Shown: positions 49,621-58,887, counted from the first letter of the stretch. The stretch: DNA of 64,000 nucleotides from an uncultured archaeon (GCA_938042195.1 CALIRQ010000007.1:71871-135870), one strand, 5' to 3'. Notes: a model not told the origin generated them from the sequence alone. Numbers and translations are program-made.

Positions 49621-49704
49621 AGGGTCGCCCGTCCCCTCTTAAAATTTAAATCTTTCGGAAAGGTTTTAAGGGCCAACATCGCGATCTATTTCAGAGGGCT
49701 GGAT

Positions 49705-50247
49705 ATGGCGTCCCTGCTGGACGTTGCCCTAAGGTTGGGGATATATGTCCCACTGGAGGCGGAGGAGTACGTTAAATCCGAACTCGCCAAGATATTCGAC
49801 GTTTCTGATGAAAGGGAAATGGGCGAGGCGCTGGAGTATCATTGCGAGGAGAACCCCTCCGAGCTGAGGAGGATCCTGAGATCGATCCTTAGGGAGTGGA
49901 GAAGAACCCGGGCGGGGGACTTGGTCAGCCTTAGCGCCTCCCCTCCAGTGGCCCAAGTCTCGAGATCGCTGTCAAATGCCTCCAATTGGGAGGAGAGCTT
50001 CGCGGAATCCCTCCTCTTCGATGTGATAGAGCATGGACCGTACATATTGGTGGTAGCCGAGCTCCCCGGAGTGAAGCGCAATGAACTTGACATCCAACTA
50101 TTGGAGAACTCGCTTTACGTTAAGGTGAACTCGAAGAACTGTAAGCTGAGGAGGTATGTATCCCTGCCCGATAGGGTCGAGCGCGAACCGATGGAGATCT
50201 CCCTCAAGAACGGCGTCCTCCTCATCCGCCTCAGGAAGAGGCCATAA
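49705..50247 (+). CDS. Hsp20/alpha-crystallin domain protein
   Basis: C-terminal DVIE..VVAELPGV, V.LP..V, KNGVL.I.L; atypical N-terminal region. Confidence 0.8.
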   Translation: MASLLDVALRLGIYVPLEAEEYVKSELAKIFDVSDEREMGEALEYHCEENPSELRRILRSILREWRRTRAGDLVSLSASPPVAQVSRSLSNASNWEESFAESLLFDVIEHGPYILVVAELPGVKRNELDIQLLENSLYVKVNSKNCKLRRYVSLPDRVEREPMEISLKNGVLLIRLRKRP

Positions 50248-50305
50248 ATCTCCCGGTTAAAATTTTCCGAAGGCCGCCCTAGCCGAGCGGGGGATGTCGC
50301 ATTAA

Positions 50306-51370
50306 TTGAGCGGAACCAATGCCATAGTCTATAGCGATGGAATCGCGAATTACGATTTCGGCCCAGGCCATCCATTCAGGGGGGATCGCTTCGAGAGGTT
50401 CATGAAGGCCTTCCGCGCCGCTGGCCTAGGATCCAACCCTAGGTTCGAGGTGGTGGGCGCGGAGCCCGCCGATGAGGAGGACTTGTTGTTAGCCCATAGC
50501 GAGGAATTGATAAGGAGGGTCGAAAGGGGTGAGTCGGTAGATCCGGATACCCCCCTGAGGCCCGGCATCTATGAGGCGGCGAAGTTGATAGTTGGGGCCT
50601 CCATGCGCGCCGGAGAGCTCGTCCTCCGGGGGGACCATCGGGTCGCCTTCGGCTTGGGCGGGGGTTTGCATCACGCGAAGCGCGATCGGGAGGCCGGGTT
50701 TTGCGTATTCAATGACGTCGCCATATGCGCTCTGAACCTCCTCGAAAGGCTCGGCGCTAGGCGGATCCTCGTATTGGATATGGATGCGCATGCGGGCGAT
50801 GGGACGGCCGAGATCTTCTATGGGGATCCCAGGGTCCTGCTGGTGGATCTGCATCAGGATCCAATGACCCTTTATCCATTCAAGGGCTTTCCATGGGAGG
50901 TTGGCGAGGGGGATGGCGAGGGCTTCACCGTGAACGTCCCGCTCCCGCCCGGATCGGGCCTAATGGCCTATGAATGCGCTCTGCGGGAGATATTCGAGCC
51001 GCTCGCGGAGGAGTTCTCACCAGACCTAATCATTAGGAATGGCGGATCGGATCCCCACTTCGCGGATGGGTTGACGAACCTCGGCCTGACCGCGATGGAC
51101 TTCAAAGCGCTTTGCAGGAGGGTCAAGGCCGTGGCCGATCGCCTTTGCCATGGGAAGATCGTCGATTTGATCGCCAGCGGTTATAACCCCGAGGCGCTCC
51201 CGAGCTGTTGGCTCGCGATATTGAGCGGGACATCCGGCGAGGACTTCCCAATAGAGGAGCCCTTGGAGCCACCGCCTTGGCTCGCGAAGGATTCCGGCTT
51301 GGATAAGGTGAACAAGGTGGTTGGGGAATTGAAGAGGATCCTGTCCAATTATTGGAGCGCGTTCAAATGA
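50306..51370 (+). CDS. Histone deacetylase / AcuC family Zn hydrolase
   Basis: GGGLHHA, GFCVFND, LDMDAHAGDG, NVPLP, GSDPH..D.L. Confidence 0.93.
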   Translation: MSGTNAIVYSDGIANYDFGPGHPFRGDRFERFMKAFRAAGLGSNPRFEVVGAEPADEEDLLLAHSEELIRRVERGESVDPDTPLRPGIYEAAKLIVGASMRAGELVLRGDHRVAFGLGGGLHHAKRDREAGFCVFNDVAICALNLLERLGARRILVLDMDAHAGDGTAEIFYGDPRVLLVDLHQDPMTLYPFKGFPWEVGEGDGEGFTVNVPLPPGSGLMAYECALREIFEPLAEEFSPDLIIRNGGSDPHFADGLTNLGLTAMDFKALCRRVKAVADRLCHGKIVDLIASGYNPEALPSCWLAILSGTSGEDFPIEEPLEPPPWLAKDSGLDKVNKVVGELKRILSNYWSAFK

Positions 51371-51489
51371 GAGATCATCGATCCCGGGAAGCCCCTTCCC
51401 CACCGCGACTCGAGGTTCTCCTTAGCTATCATGAGACCGACTTTGCGCAACCTCTCCGCGGCTTGGCTTAAGCGACCCCGGAAACCCAA

Positions 51490-51715
51490 TACGGCCTTAA
51501 CCATCGAACTCGCCGCCAAATATCCAATCGGCGATGATCGCCCTCTCGCATCCGATGATCCTCCCCCCGATCCCATGTTCCCCGAGCGGGGCTCCCTCAG
51601 CTCCGCCTTCGCGCCGTTCGAATTGGAGGAAACCGGCCCCAAACCGATCCCCAATGATCATCTCGATGGCCGCTGGCCGGCCCCGCCATCGCCCGGGGCC
51701 TCCCTATCGCGGGCC
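51490..51715 (-). pseudogene. Possible eroded hydrogenase maturation protease
   Basis: Directly after mvhA; fragments GDGGAGQR (cf. GDDGxG) and IIGCERAIIAD (cf. L.GYDRAIIVD) in different frames. Confidence 0.35.
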
Positions 51716-51729
51716 CTCCCGGGCGAGCT

Positions 51730-53196
51730 TCAGGGCCTCGATATCTCCTTGAGGAGCGACCCTCTACTGTCGAATATCTCGATCTTCAGGGGCAACTGCC
51801 CAGGCGCGGTATGCGTCGCGCATGCGAGGCATGGGTCGTAGGCCCTGAAGGCCATCTCCACCTCATTGAGCAGCCCCTCCTCGACCGAGCCGGCCCTTAT
51901 CAGGCTTCGGGCGGCGTTCCTCACGCTCATGCATATAACCGAGTTGTTATGGGTCGTCGGGACGATAAGATTCAACTCCCTGATCCTGCCCTCCCCATCC
52001 GATGTATAGTCGTGTATCAGGACGCCTCTGGGGGCCTCTACCACGCCAACCCCCCTCCCCCGCGGGCCCGCCGGTATGTTCCTGATGTCGCCGTTAGTTA
52101 TGCTCGGATCCTCCACCAACTCCATAAACCTTTCAGCCGCGTACAGCGTTTCGATCACCCTGGCCCAATGGTATGCAAAGGTTGAATGGCACGGCTTCTC
52201 GAGGACCTCGAACATCTCCTCGAAGGCCCCTTGGGCCCTGGGGGTCGGTATCCTATCGATCACATTGAACCTGGCCAATGGGCCAACCCTATAGATCCCG
52301 CTCCCCTCTCCATCAACGAGGCCCCTCCAGCCCAAGGGCTTCAGGAACGTGAACTTCGAATAGGTCCAGGGCTCGACGTGCTCCGATATATGGTCTAGGT
52401 AGTCCTTCGGTTCGAAGATATCGATGGCCCTTCCATCCGGATCTACCGCCTTGAGCTTCCCTCGGAGCAAGGAGAGGGAATCGCCCTCCCCAACCATGGC
52501 GAGGGAGTTGACCCGGTTGACGTTCTTGTCCTCCAAGATCATTTTGGAGTATTTCTCATCCTTCAATACCGTCTTTTTGAATAAACCCAAGGTGGATTCG
52601 GAGAACTCGAGCAGGTACTTGGCCATCCCCTCGATCCTCGCCCTCTCCTCCTCCGTAATCGGCCTGGAGATGCCACCCGGCAGGCAGAATACGGGATGGG
52701 TCGATCTGCCGCCCACGATCTCTTGTATCTCATGGGCGTATCCAAAGGCCCTCAGGAGCCTCCCCCCAAGCTCTTGGCCAACCTTGTTCAGGAGGCCGAC
52801 GACGTTCCTCTCGGCTGGCGGGGCGCTCGGGCCCGGGACGAAATCGGGGAGCGCCAAGAGATAGAAGTGGAGGAGGTGGTCGTGGACGAAGAACGCGGAA
52901 TAGCCCATCTCCCTGACCTTCTCGGCCGTCTCGGTCGGCTCCACCCCATATACGGCATCGGCCGCCTTCGCCGAGGCCAGATGGTGGGCCCAAGGGCAGA
53001 CCCCGCAAATCCTAGGAGTTATCCTCGGCATCTCCTCAACCAGCCTCCCCTTGCAGAACTCCTCGAAGCCCCTGAGCTCGAGGATTTGGAAGAACGCATC
53101 CCTTACGCCCCCCTCCTCGTCCAGGAATATGCTTATCTTTGCGTGGCCCTCGAGCCTGCTCGCCGGGTATATCTCGATCTCCCTTCCCGGTCCCAT
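51730..53196 (-). CDS. mvhA: Group 3c [NiFe]-hydrogenase large subunit MvhA
   Basis: P.SRLEGHAKI, L1 RICGVCPWAH, EAPRG.L.H, L2 RAYDPCLACATH; start set at ATG 53196. Confidence 0.93.
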   Translation of the reverse strand: MGPGREIEIYPASRLEGHAKISIFLDEEGGVRDAFFQILELRGFEEFCKGRLVEEMPRITPRICGVCPWAHHLASAKAADAVYGVEPTETAEKVREMGYSAFFVHDHLLHFYLLALPDFVPGPSAPPAERNVVGLLNKVGQELGGRLLRAFGYAHEIQEIVGGRSTHPVFCLPGGISRPITEEERARIEGMAKYLLEFSESTLGLFKKTVLKDEKYSKMILEDKNVNRVNSLAMVGEGDSLSLLRGKLKAVDPDGRAIDIFEPKDYLDHISEHVEPWTYSKFTFLKPLGWRGLVDGEGSGIYRVGPLARFNVIDRIPTPRAQGAFEEMFEVLEKPCHSTFAYHWARVIETLYAAERFMELVEDPSITNGDIRNIPAGPRGRGVGVVEAPRGVLIHDYTSDGEGRIRELNLIVPTTHNNSVICMSVRNAARSLIRAGSVEEGLLNEVEMAFRAYDPCLACATHTAPGQLPLKIEIFDSRGSLLKEISRP

Positions 53197-53201
53197 CGCC
53201 C

Positions 53202-54179
53202 TCAAACCTCCCATAGCCTCCTGCGCAGGATCGAGGAGGGCAGGCTGAATAGGTAGAAGAGGCCCACGGGATCCACGATGCCATCCATGAGCCTCGCGAC
53301 ATCCTCCTCGGACATCTTGTCCTCGCCCTCCAGCCCAAGGATCGAAGCTATGGCGCCGAGCATCTTGGCCCCCTGATCCCCGACGCCATCGGGGGGCCCC
53401 ATGCAACCCTCGCACCTCATATTGGCCTTGATGCACTTGGCGTCGCAACCCGCCCTAGTGGCCGGGCCCATGCAAAGGATGCCTTGGTCGAGGAGGCACC
53501 TTTCTTGATCCGCGATCGTTTCATGGGCCCTTACTATCTTGGATATGGATTTCCCCTCCCTCTTCCTCGGGCATTCATCGCAAAGGTTCTTGGCCGGGCC
53601 GATGACCGATCCCCTGGGCGGAAGGTCGCTCGATAATATGGCTTCGAATGCGTCCTTCACTTGGGAGGTCTGCGGGGGGCACCCCGGTATCGAGTAATCG
53701 ACCTCCACCACTCCGCTCAAGGGCAGGACGGCATCGAGCCTCTTCGGCACCGCCATCCTATACTCGCCCACGAGAGCCTCACCCTGCGGCTTTAATCCCT
53801 TTGGATTATCGGTACTTGGCGTTCCGTAAACCGTTTCGAGCAATGAGTCCTTGGTTGCGAGGTTCGCCAAGCCCGGCACCCCGCCGAAGCAGGCGCAGGA
53901 TCCGAAGGCCACCATCAGCTTGGATTTTCGCCTGAGCAACCTCGCCATCTCCGCGTTCTCCTCGTTCACTATCGCCCCGTGGTAGAGGCAAAGGTCTATC
54001 GACCCATTCGCCATGGCCTCCAAATCCTTGAGCTTCAGATCGGCGGCGGTGGGCCAGAACGCTATGTTCACGGAGCTCAGGACCTTTGGGAGGTATTCCG
54101 CCAAATCCACTATGGTGATATCGCATCCCGAGCAGGTGGCCCCCAATCCGATCGCCAAATTCAATCTATTCCGCCCCAA
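53202..54179 (-). CDS. mvhG: F420-non-reducing hydrogenase small subunit MvhG
   Basis: CSGCD, FGSCACFGGVPGLAN, PGCPP, CDECPR, CLL.QG..CMGPAT..GC. Confidence 0.92.
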   Translation of the reverse strand: MGRNRLNLAIGLGATCSGCDITIVDLAEYLPKVLSSVNIAFWPTAADLKLKDLEAMANGSIDLCLYHGAIVNEENAEMARLLRRKSKLMVAFGSCACFGGVPGLANLATKDSLLETVYGTPSTDNPKGLKPQGEALVGEYRMAVPKRLDAVLPLSGVVEVDYSIPGCPPQTSQVKDAFEAILSSDLPPRGSVIGPAKNLCDECPRKREGKSISKIVRAHETIADQERCLLDQGILCMGPATRAGCDAKCIKANMRCEGCMGPPDGVGDQGAKMLGAIASILGLEGEDKMSEEDVARLMDGIVDPVGLFYLFSLPSSILRRRLWEV

Positions 54180-54615
54180 CGCGCTTCACCTTTAGTGGGC
54201 TTGGCCCCAGCCTCCTTAGGCGCTCAGTGAAGTCCTTCACTATCTCGGCGAACCTCTGGCCCTCAGATGCCGATGCCCATTCCAATCTGACCCTATCTGG
54301 ATTGATGCCCAGTTCCCTCAGGAGCTTCCGAAGCAGGTAATAGCGCCTCCTAGCTTTCAGGTTCCCGCTTTGGTAATGGCAATCGGAGGGGGGGTGGCAG
54401 CCGGCTATTAGGACGCCATCGTAGCCCTCCCTGAGGGCCTCCAGCACGAAGCTCGGCTCGACCCTCCCCGAGCACATGACCCTCACGCATCTTATGTTCG
54501 GTGGATACTCCATCCTGCTCATCCCGGCTAGGTCCGCCGCCGCGTAGGAGCACCAATTGCATAGGAATCCCAAGATCCTCGGCTCGAACCAATCCCCCTT
54601 TCGGTTTTCAATCAA
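54166..54615 (-). CDS. mvhD: Hydrogenase iron-sulfur subunit MvhD
   Basis: FEPRILGFLCNWCSY.AAD.AG, RVMCSGR, GCH...CHY, WASASEG. Confidence 0.95.
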   Translation of the reverse strand: MIENRKGDWFEPRILGFLCNWCSYAAADLAGMSRMEYPPNIRCVRVMCSGRVEPSFVLEALREGYDGVLIAGCHPPSDCHYQSGNLKARRRYYLLRKLLRELGINPDRVRLEWASASEGQRFAEIVKDFTERLRRLGPSPLKVKRVGAE

Positions 54616-54625
54616 TTTCGCTCAC

Positions 54626-56623
54626 CTACCCAGCGGCCGAGCTTATCATCGAGAGGATCTGCTCCTCCGTGAACATCCTAGATCTCACCGCGCCGGATGG
54701 GCAGGCGGCCGAGCAGGTGCCGCAGCCCTTGCAGAGGACCTCGTCCACCTTGGCCACCCTCTTATCTTCCCTCTCCTCCAGCTTCAGGGCCCCATATGGG
54801 CAAAGCTTGACGCAAACCCCGCAGCCACCGCATCGATCCTCCTCTATCAGGGGGCTTATGGGCTCCACATACACTTGGCCCATGCTGAGCGGTATCAAGG
54901 CCCTAGCCGCGGCGCCGCTGGCTTGGGCGACGGCATCGGGGATGTCCTTCGGGTACTGGGCCGATCCGGCGAGATAGATGCCGTCGACCACCGCATCGTT
55001 GGGCCTCAGCTTCGGGTGGGCCTCCATGAGGAACCCATCCGCGCTGCGGGGTATGCCCAGGATCTTGCTGATGGCATCCGTATCCGCCCTCGGGACCTGC
55101 CCGACCGAGAGTACGACCAAGTCGAAGGAATCCTCCAGCGCGGTGCCCAATAGGGTATCCTCATACCTGAGCACGAGCTCATGGGTCCTCGGATCCTCGC
55201 GTATGCTTGAGACCTTGCCCCTTATGAACTTCACCCCCGCCTCTTGGCTCCTAAGGTAAAATTCCTCATATCCCTTCCCGAAGGCCCTTATATCCATATA
55301 GAATATGTATACATCGGACTCGGGATTTTGCTCCTTTATTATCAACGAATCCTTTATGGCGTACATGCAACAAACCCTGGAGCAATATAGGTTGAACCTC
55401 GCGTCCCTGGATCCAACGCATTGTATGAAAGCCACCTTCCTCGGCGGTTTGCCGGTCGACGGCCTTAATATGGCGCCGCCGGTCGGGCCCATCGGATCGG
55501 TCATGCGCTCCAACATCGGTCCCGTCACAACGTCTTTGTATCTTCCGAACCCATACTCCTCCAACGGAGTGGGATCGAAGGGATCGTACCCGATGGCCAC
55601 TATGATGCTGCCCACCCTCAGCTCCAAGACTTCCTCCTTTTGATCGAAATCTATCGCTTTGGCCTCGCAGACCCTCTCGCAAACCCTACAGATCCCCCTC
55701 TTGAGATAGAGGCAATTCTCTCCATCTATGGAATAGGCCAATGGAACGGCGTTTGGGGACGTTATGTAAATTGCCTTCCTTGAGCTCATCCCGAAATCGA
55801 CCTCGTTCGGGATCCTGACCGGGCATTTTTGAGCGCAAAGCCCGCAGGCCGTGCATTTCTCCTCATCGACATATCTTGGCCTCTTCCTTATCTTGACCTT
55901 GAAATTCCCCAGGGATCCCGAGGCCTCAATGAGTTCCGAATTGGTCAACAACTTGATCTTTGGATGTTGCGCCGCGCTGACCATCTTCGGAGTCAATATG
56001 CAGGCCGCGCAATCCATCGTCGGGAATACCTTGGACCATTGCCCCATCCTCCCACCAAGGCTCGGGCCCTTCTCCACTAGGTATACTTGATAGCCGTTAT
56101 CCGCTACATCCAGCGCGGCCTGTATGCCCGCGATCCCCCCGCCTATCACCAGCGCGCTCCTCGTCACCTCCACGGCCTTCGTTTCGAGCGGGATCAACCA
56201 CCTCGCCTTGGCAACGGCCATCTTTACTAGGTCGATCGCCTTCTCCGTCGCTCTATCCGGATCGGAGCGATGGACCCAAGAGCATTGCTCCCTTATGTTG
56301 GCCATCTCCAACAGATATGGGTTCAGCCCCGCCTTCCTCAGGGTATCCCTGAAGGTGAGCTCGTGTACCTTCGGGGAGCAAGCCGCAACGACGACCCTAT
56401 TTATGCCCAGCTCCATTATATCTTTTGATATCATTTCTTGGCCCACGTCATCGCACATGTGGAGGTACTCCCTCGCCACTTCAACTCCGGGTAGCTTCGA
56501 GGCGAAATCGGCGACCCTCTTGACATCGACCACATCGGCTATATTCTTGCCGCAATGGCATACATATACGCCTATCTTCAAATTTTTCAAATCCGCTCGA
56601 ACATCATTCATCAAAATCACCAA
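54626..56623 (-). CDS. hdrA: Heterodisulfide reductase subunit A (flavin-based electron bifurcation)
   Basis: GVYVCHCG, NIREQCSWVH, GGGIAG, FPT.DC..CIL, QCVGSRD, YCSRVCCMY, PKDIP, C-terminal ferredoxin motifs; start probably ~56608. Confidence 0.96.
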   Translation of the reverse strand: MVILMNDVRADLKNLKIGVYVCHCGKNIADVVDVKRVADFASKLPGVEVAREYLHMCDDVGQEMISKDIMELGINRVVVAACSPKVHELTFRDTLRKAGLNPYLLEMANIREQCSWVHRSDPDRATEKAIDLVKMAVAKARWLIPLETKAVEVTRSALVIGGGIAGIQAALDVADNGYQVYLVEKGPSLGGRMGQWSKVFPTMDCAACILTPKMVSAAQHPKIKLLTNSELIEASGSLGNFKVKIRKRPRYVDEEKCTACGLCAQKCPVRIPNEVDFGMSSRKAIYITSPNAVPLAYSIDGENCLYLKRGICRVCERVCEAKAIDFDQKEEVLELRVGSIIVAIGYDPFDPTPLEEYGFGRYKDVVTGPMLERMTDPMGPTGGAILRPSTGKPPRKVAFIQCVGSRDARFNLYCSRVCCMYAIKDSLIIKEQNPESDVYIFYMDIRAFGKGYEEFYLRSQEAGVKFIRGKVSSIREDPRTHELVLRYEDTLLGTALEDSFDLVVLSVGQVPRADTDAISKILGIPRSADGFLMEAHPKLRPNDAVVDGIYLAGSAQYPKDIPDAVAQASGAAARALIPLSMGQVYVEPISPLIEEDRCGGCGVCVKLCPYGALKLEEREDKRVAKVDEVLCKGCGTCSAACPSGAVRSRMFTEEQILSMISSAAG

Positions 56624-56627
56624 CCGT

Positions 56628-57518
56628 TCAAGGGAGCTTGCTCAATATTCGATCCATCCCAACGAAATTCATATCCACGCCCAGCTCATGGGGCCCATAT
56701 CCCATGGCCAGGCCAAGGGCTTGGACGTAATGGAGGACCGGCATGTCGTAGGGTTGCAAGCCGTATAGCCTTTGCAACTCGATCTGGCCCCTATCGAATT
56801 GGAGGTGGCAGAAGGGGCAGACGTTTAGGATGAAGTCGGCGCCCGCCTCCTTGGCGCTCAGGAGCTTCCGATTCAACATCCTCAATGAAACGTCCAAGAC
56901 CGCGGAGCGGACGCCGCCGCCGGCCCCGCAACATGCCATCTTGTCCTCCCATTCCACGCTCTCGGCGCCGAGAGCCTCCGTCAGCTCATCCAAGAAGGTC
57001 GGCCTCTCGGCGCTGCCGACCCATTCCCTCAGGACCTTGGGCTTTATCAAATGGCAACCGTAATGGACCGCGGCCCTCAGGCCCAATGGCTTCGTGACGG
57101 CCCTCCTTATCCCCTCGGGCGTTACCTCCTTCATCAGGACCTCGGCCAGATGCCTTACGCCAACCGATCCCTTGAAGACCATCCCCACCTCCTTCAATTT
57201 CGAATTAACGGAATCCCTGAGCGCCCTATCGGCCTTGAGGCTATGGTTGGCATCGGCGAGGGTTCCATAGCAACCGTTGCAGAAGGTCAGCACATCCAAG
57301 GCCATATCCTCGGCGATGCAAAGGTTCCTGGCCGCCACGGCCAACCAAGCCGGGCGGCTGAAGGATTTCACGACCCCAGGGGCCGGACAGCAGGAGGCCC
57401 CGTTCATATCCGCCAGCTCTATGCCGATCCTCGGCAGGACCTTCCTGGCGGCGGCCTCTATTCCGGGGTACCTATTCGGGATCAAGCACCCGAGGAACAG
57501 GGCGTATTTCCTCCCCAA
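56628..57518 (-). CDS. hdrB: Heterodisulfide reductase subunit B
   Basis: FLGC.IP, SCCPAPG, CNGC, HYGCH, CCGAGGG, CPFCHLQFD: both CCG domains intact; start set at TTG 57518. Confidence 0.95.
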   Translation of the reverse strand: MGRKYALFLGCLIPNRYPGIEAAARKVLPRIGIELADMNGASCCPAPGVVKSFSRPAWLAVAARNLCIAEDMALDVLTFCNGCYGTLADANHSLKADRALRDSVNSKLKEVGMVFKGSVGVRHLAEVLMKEVTPEGIRRAVTKPLGLRAAVHYGCHLIKPKVLREWVGSAERPTFLDELTEALGAESVEWEDKMACCGAGGGVRSAVLDVSLRMLNRKLLSAKEAGADFILNVCPFCHLQFDRGQIELQRLYGLQPYDMPVLHYVQALGLAMGYGPHELGVDMNFVGMDRILSKLP

Positions 57519-57532
57519 CTTGAACGCCTCGA

Positions 57533-58255
57533 TTAGGCCGATCCCGCCTTCTGCGGCTGGGCCTTTTCCACCAATTCGAAGAACCCCGTTTCCTTGAGGA
57601 TATGCTGGACGTCGAGGAGGGCCCTCTCGTATTGATGAACGGTCGGCGGCAGCTCGCTGAGGCCCAGCTCCTTGCGCCTCTCCCTCGTCGCCTGATCTAT
57701 GGGCACCGCGTGGCCCGTCTTCATCAGGTTCATCGAAACAACTTTGTGGGGATCCAACATCCACCCATTCTCAACGGCCATGTTCCGCATGGTTAGTATA
57801 GCGTTCACGACGTCTATCTTTCGGGGACACCTCTCGACGCACGTATAGCAAGTTGTACAGAGCCACAGTTCGATGCTCCTCAGGACCTCCTCCTTATACC
57901 CCATGGAGGCCTTCCTGATTATTCTCCTCGAATTGTAGGCAGTGATCCTGCCGGAGGGGCATGAGGCGACGCAGTTCCCGCATTGGATGCACTTATTGAT
58001 GTTCTCCCCGCTCGCCCTTATTATCTCCTCGGCGAACTCGGGGGAAGGAGGTGGGGCCTCCTCCACGTGCTCCAAGGGGATTTCGACCTTTGCCTCCTTG
58101 ACCCCCTTCGCTTCCTCCTCGGATCTCATCCATTCGCGTATCGCCTCCTCTATGGCCAAGCTCATGCTGCCCTTCTTCATGCCGAACCTCTTGGCCACCC
58201 TCTCCCTGAAGGCCCTTTCCAATGCGTCATCCATCATGACATCAATTCGACCCAT
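57533..58255 (-). CDS. hdrC: Heterodisulfide reductase subunit C with an N-terminal ribbon-helix-helix domain
   Basis: CIQCGNCVASCP and WLCTTCYTCVERCPR, TGHAVP; residues ~1-45 MGRIDVMMDDALERAFRERVAKRFGMKKGSMSLAIEEAIREW have an RHH pattern. Confidence 0.92.
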   Translation of the reverse strand: MGRIDVMMDDALERAFRERVAKRFGMKKGSMSLAIEEAIREWMRSEEEAKGVKEAKVEIPLEHVEEAPPPSPEFAEEIIRASGENINKCIQCGNCVASCPSGRITAYNSRRIIRKASMGYKEEVLRSIELWLCTTCYTCVERCPRKIDVVNAILTMRNMAVENGWMLDPHKVVSMNLMKTGHAVPIDQATRERRKELGLSELPPTVHQYERALLDVQHILKETGFFELVEKAQPQKAGSA

Positions 58256-58271
58256 GGGCGATAATTATCTC

Positions 58272-58299
58272 CACATATGCACATATAAACTTTTGTGTA
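58272..58299 (-). promoter_or_regulatory. hdr-mvh operon promoter (BRE/TATA) overlapped by tandem CACATAT repeats
   Basis: Minus strand reads TACACAAAAGTTTATATGTGCATATGTG; TATA lies ~28 nt upstream of the hdrC ATG. Confidence 0.6.
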
Positions 58300-58321
58300 G
58301 CAAAAATTGTAGAAGAGAAGC

Positions 58322-58619
58322 TCATAAATTCAACAATTTCCTTACCGAGGCCTCGCATCGCAGCAGATCCTTCCTCAAGCGCTCAAGATCCGCCTCAGAA
58401 ACCTCCTTCCCCGAGGAAACCTTGCCCACTATTAAACTCCAAAGCCTCCTCTAGGATCCCGATCAAGCTCGGGTCATCCATCCTTAGGGCCTCGAGGCAA
58501 CCCTTGATCGCGTTTATGTCCATTGCGATCTCATATGGGCTCGAATCCCGATATATGGCCTGAGCGAAGCTCCAGCCGAGAAGGAAGGCGCACCTAAGGG
58601 ACTCCATTCCGATCGGCAC
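58322..58619 (-). pseudogene. Small helical hypothetical gene with an apparent single frameshift near 58435
   Basis: ORF 58395..58619 continues in another frame as LIVGKVSSGKEVSEADLERLRKDLLRCEASVRKLLNL* after GAGTTTAATA. Confidence 0.45.
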
Positions 58620-58620
58620 C

Positions 58621-58887
58621 TCATAGATTGAGGATATCGAGCCTTCTGCCCCTCCAATCGGTAATTTCGCAACATACGATCGCGGACTCCGACGCCCCCT
58701 TGAGGCCGCTCACCAATACCTCCTCCCTCTCCCTTATGAGCGCTAGGCCATCGTATACTACGGAAAATTCCCCGGAATCCGCGATCAAGGTGAACAAGGT
58801 CCTGAGGCCGGATGGGGTCCTATAGGTTATGATGGGGCCCTTAACCCCCCCTGAGCCTAATCCCCTCGCTCCCGCGTCCAGGATCAT
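58621..58887 (-). CDS. Hypothetical protein co-transcribed with the phoU-like gene
   Basis: ATGA overlap with the phoU stop; coding-like composition. Confidence 0.55.
   Translation of the reverse strand: MILDAGARGLGSGGVKGPIITYRTPSGLRTLFTLIADSGEFSVVYDGLALIREREEVLVSGLKGASESAIVCCEITDWRGRRLDILNL

Noticed and set aside
43166-56623. Selenocysteine (in-frame TGA) in hydrogenase or Hdr subunits
   Set aside because: HydA, MvhA, MvhD and HdrA ORFs are uninterrupted, with Cys at the relevant motifs
51730-57764. Long N-terminal extensions of MvhA and HdrB in the ORF track, likewise nre, the ECF ATPase, hydG/hydA and rfbB
   Set aside because: The extensions overlap upstream genes or promoters and are artefacts of taking the first start codon; unlike the HdrC extension they show no domain pattern
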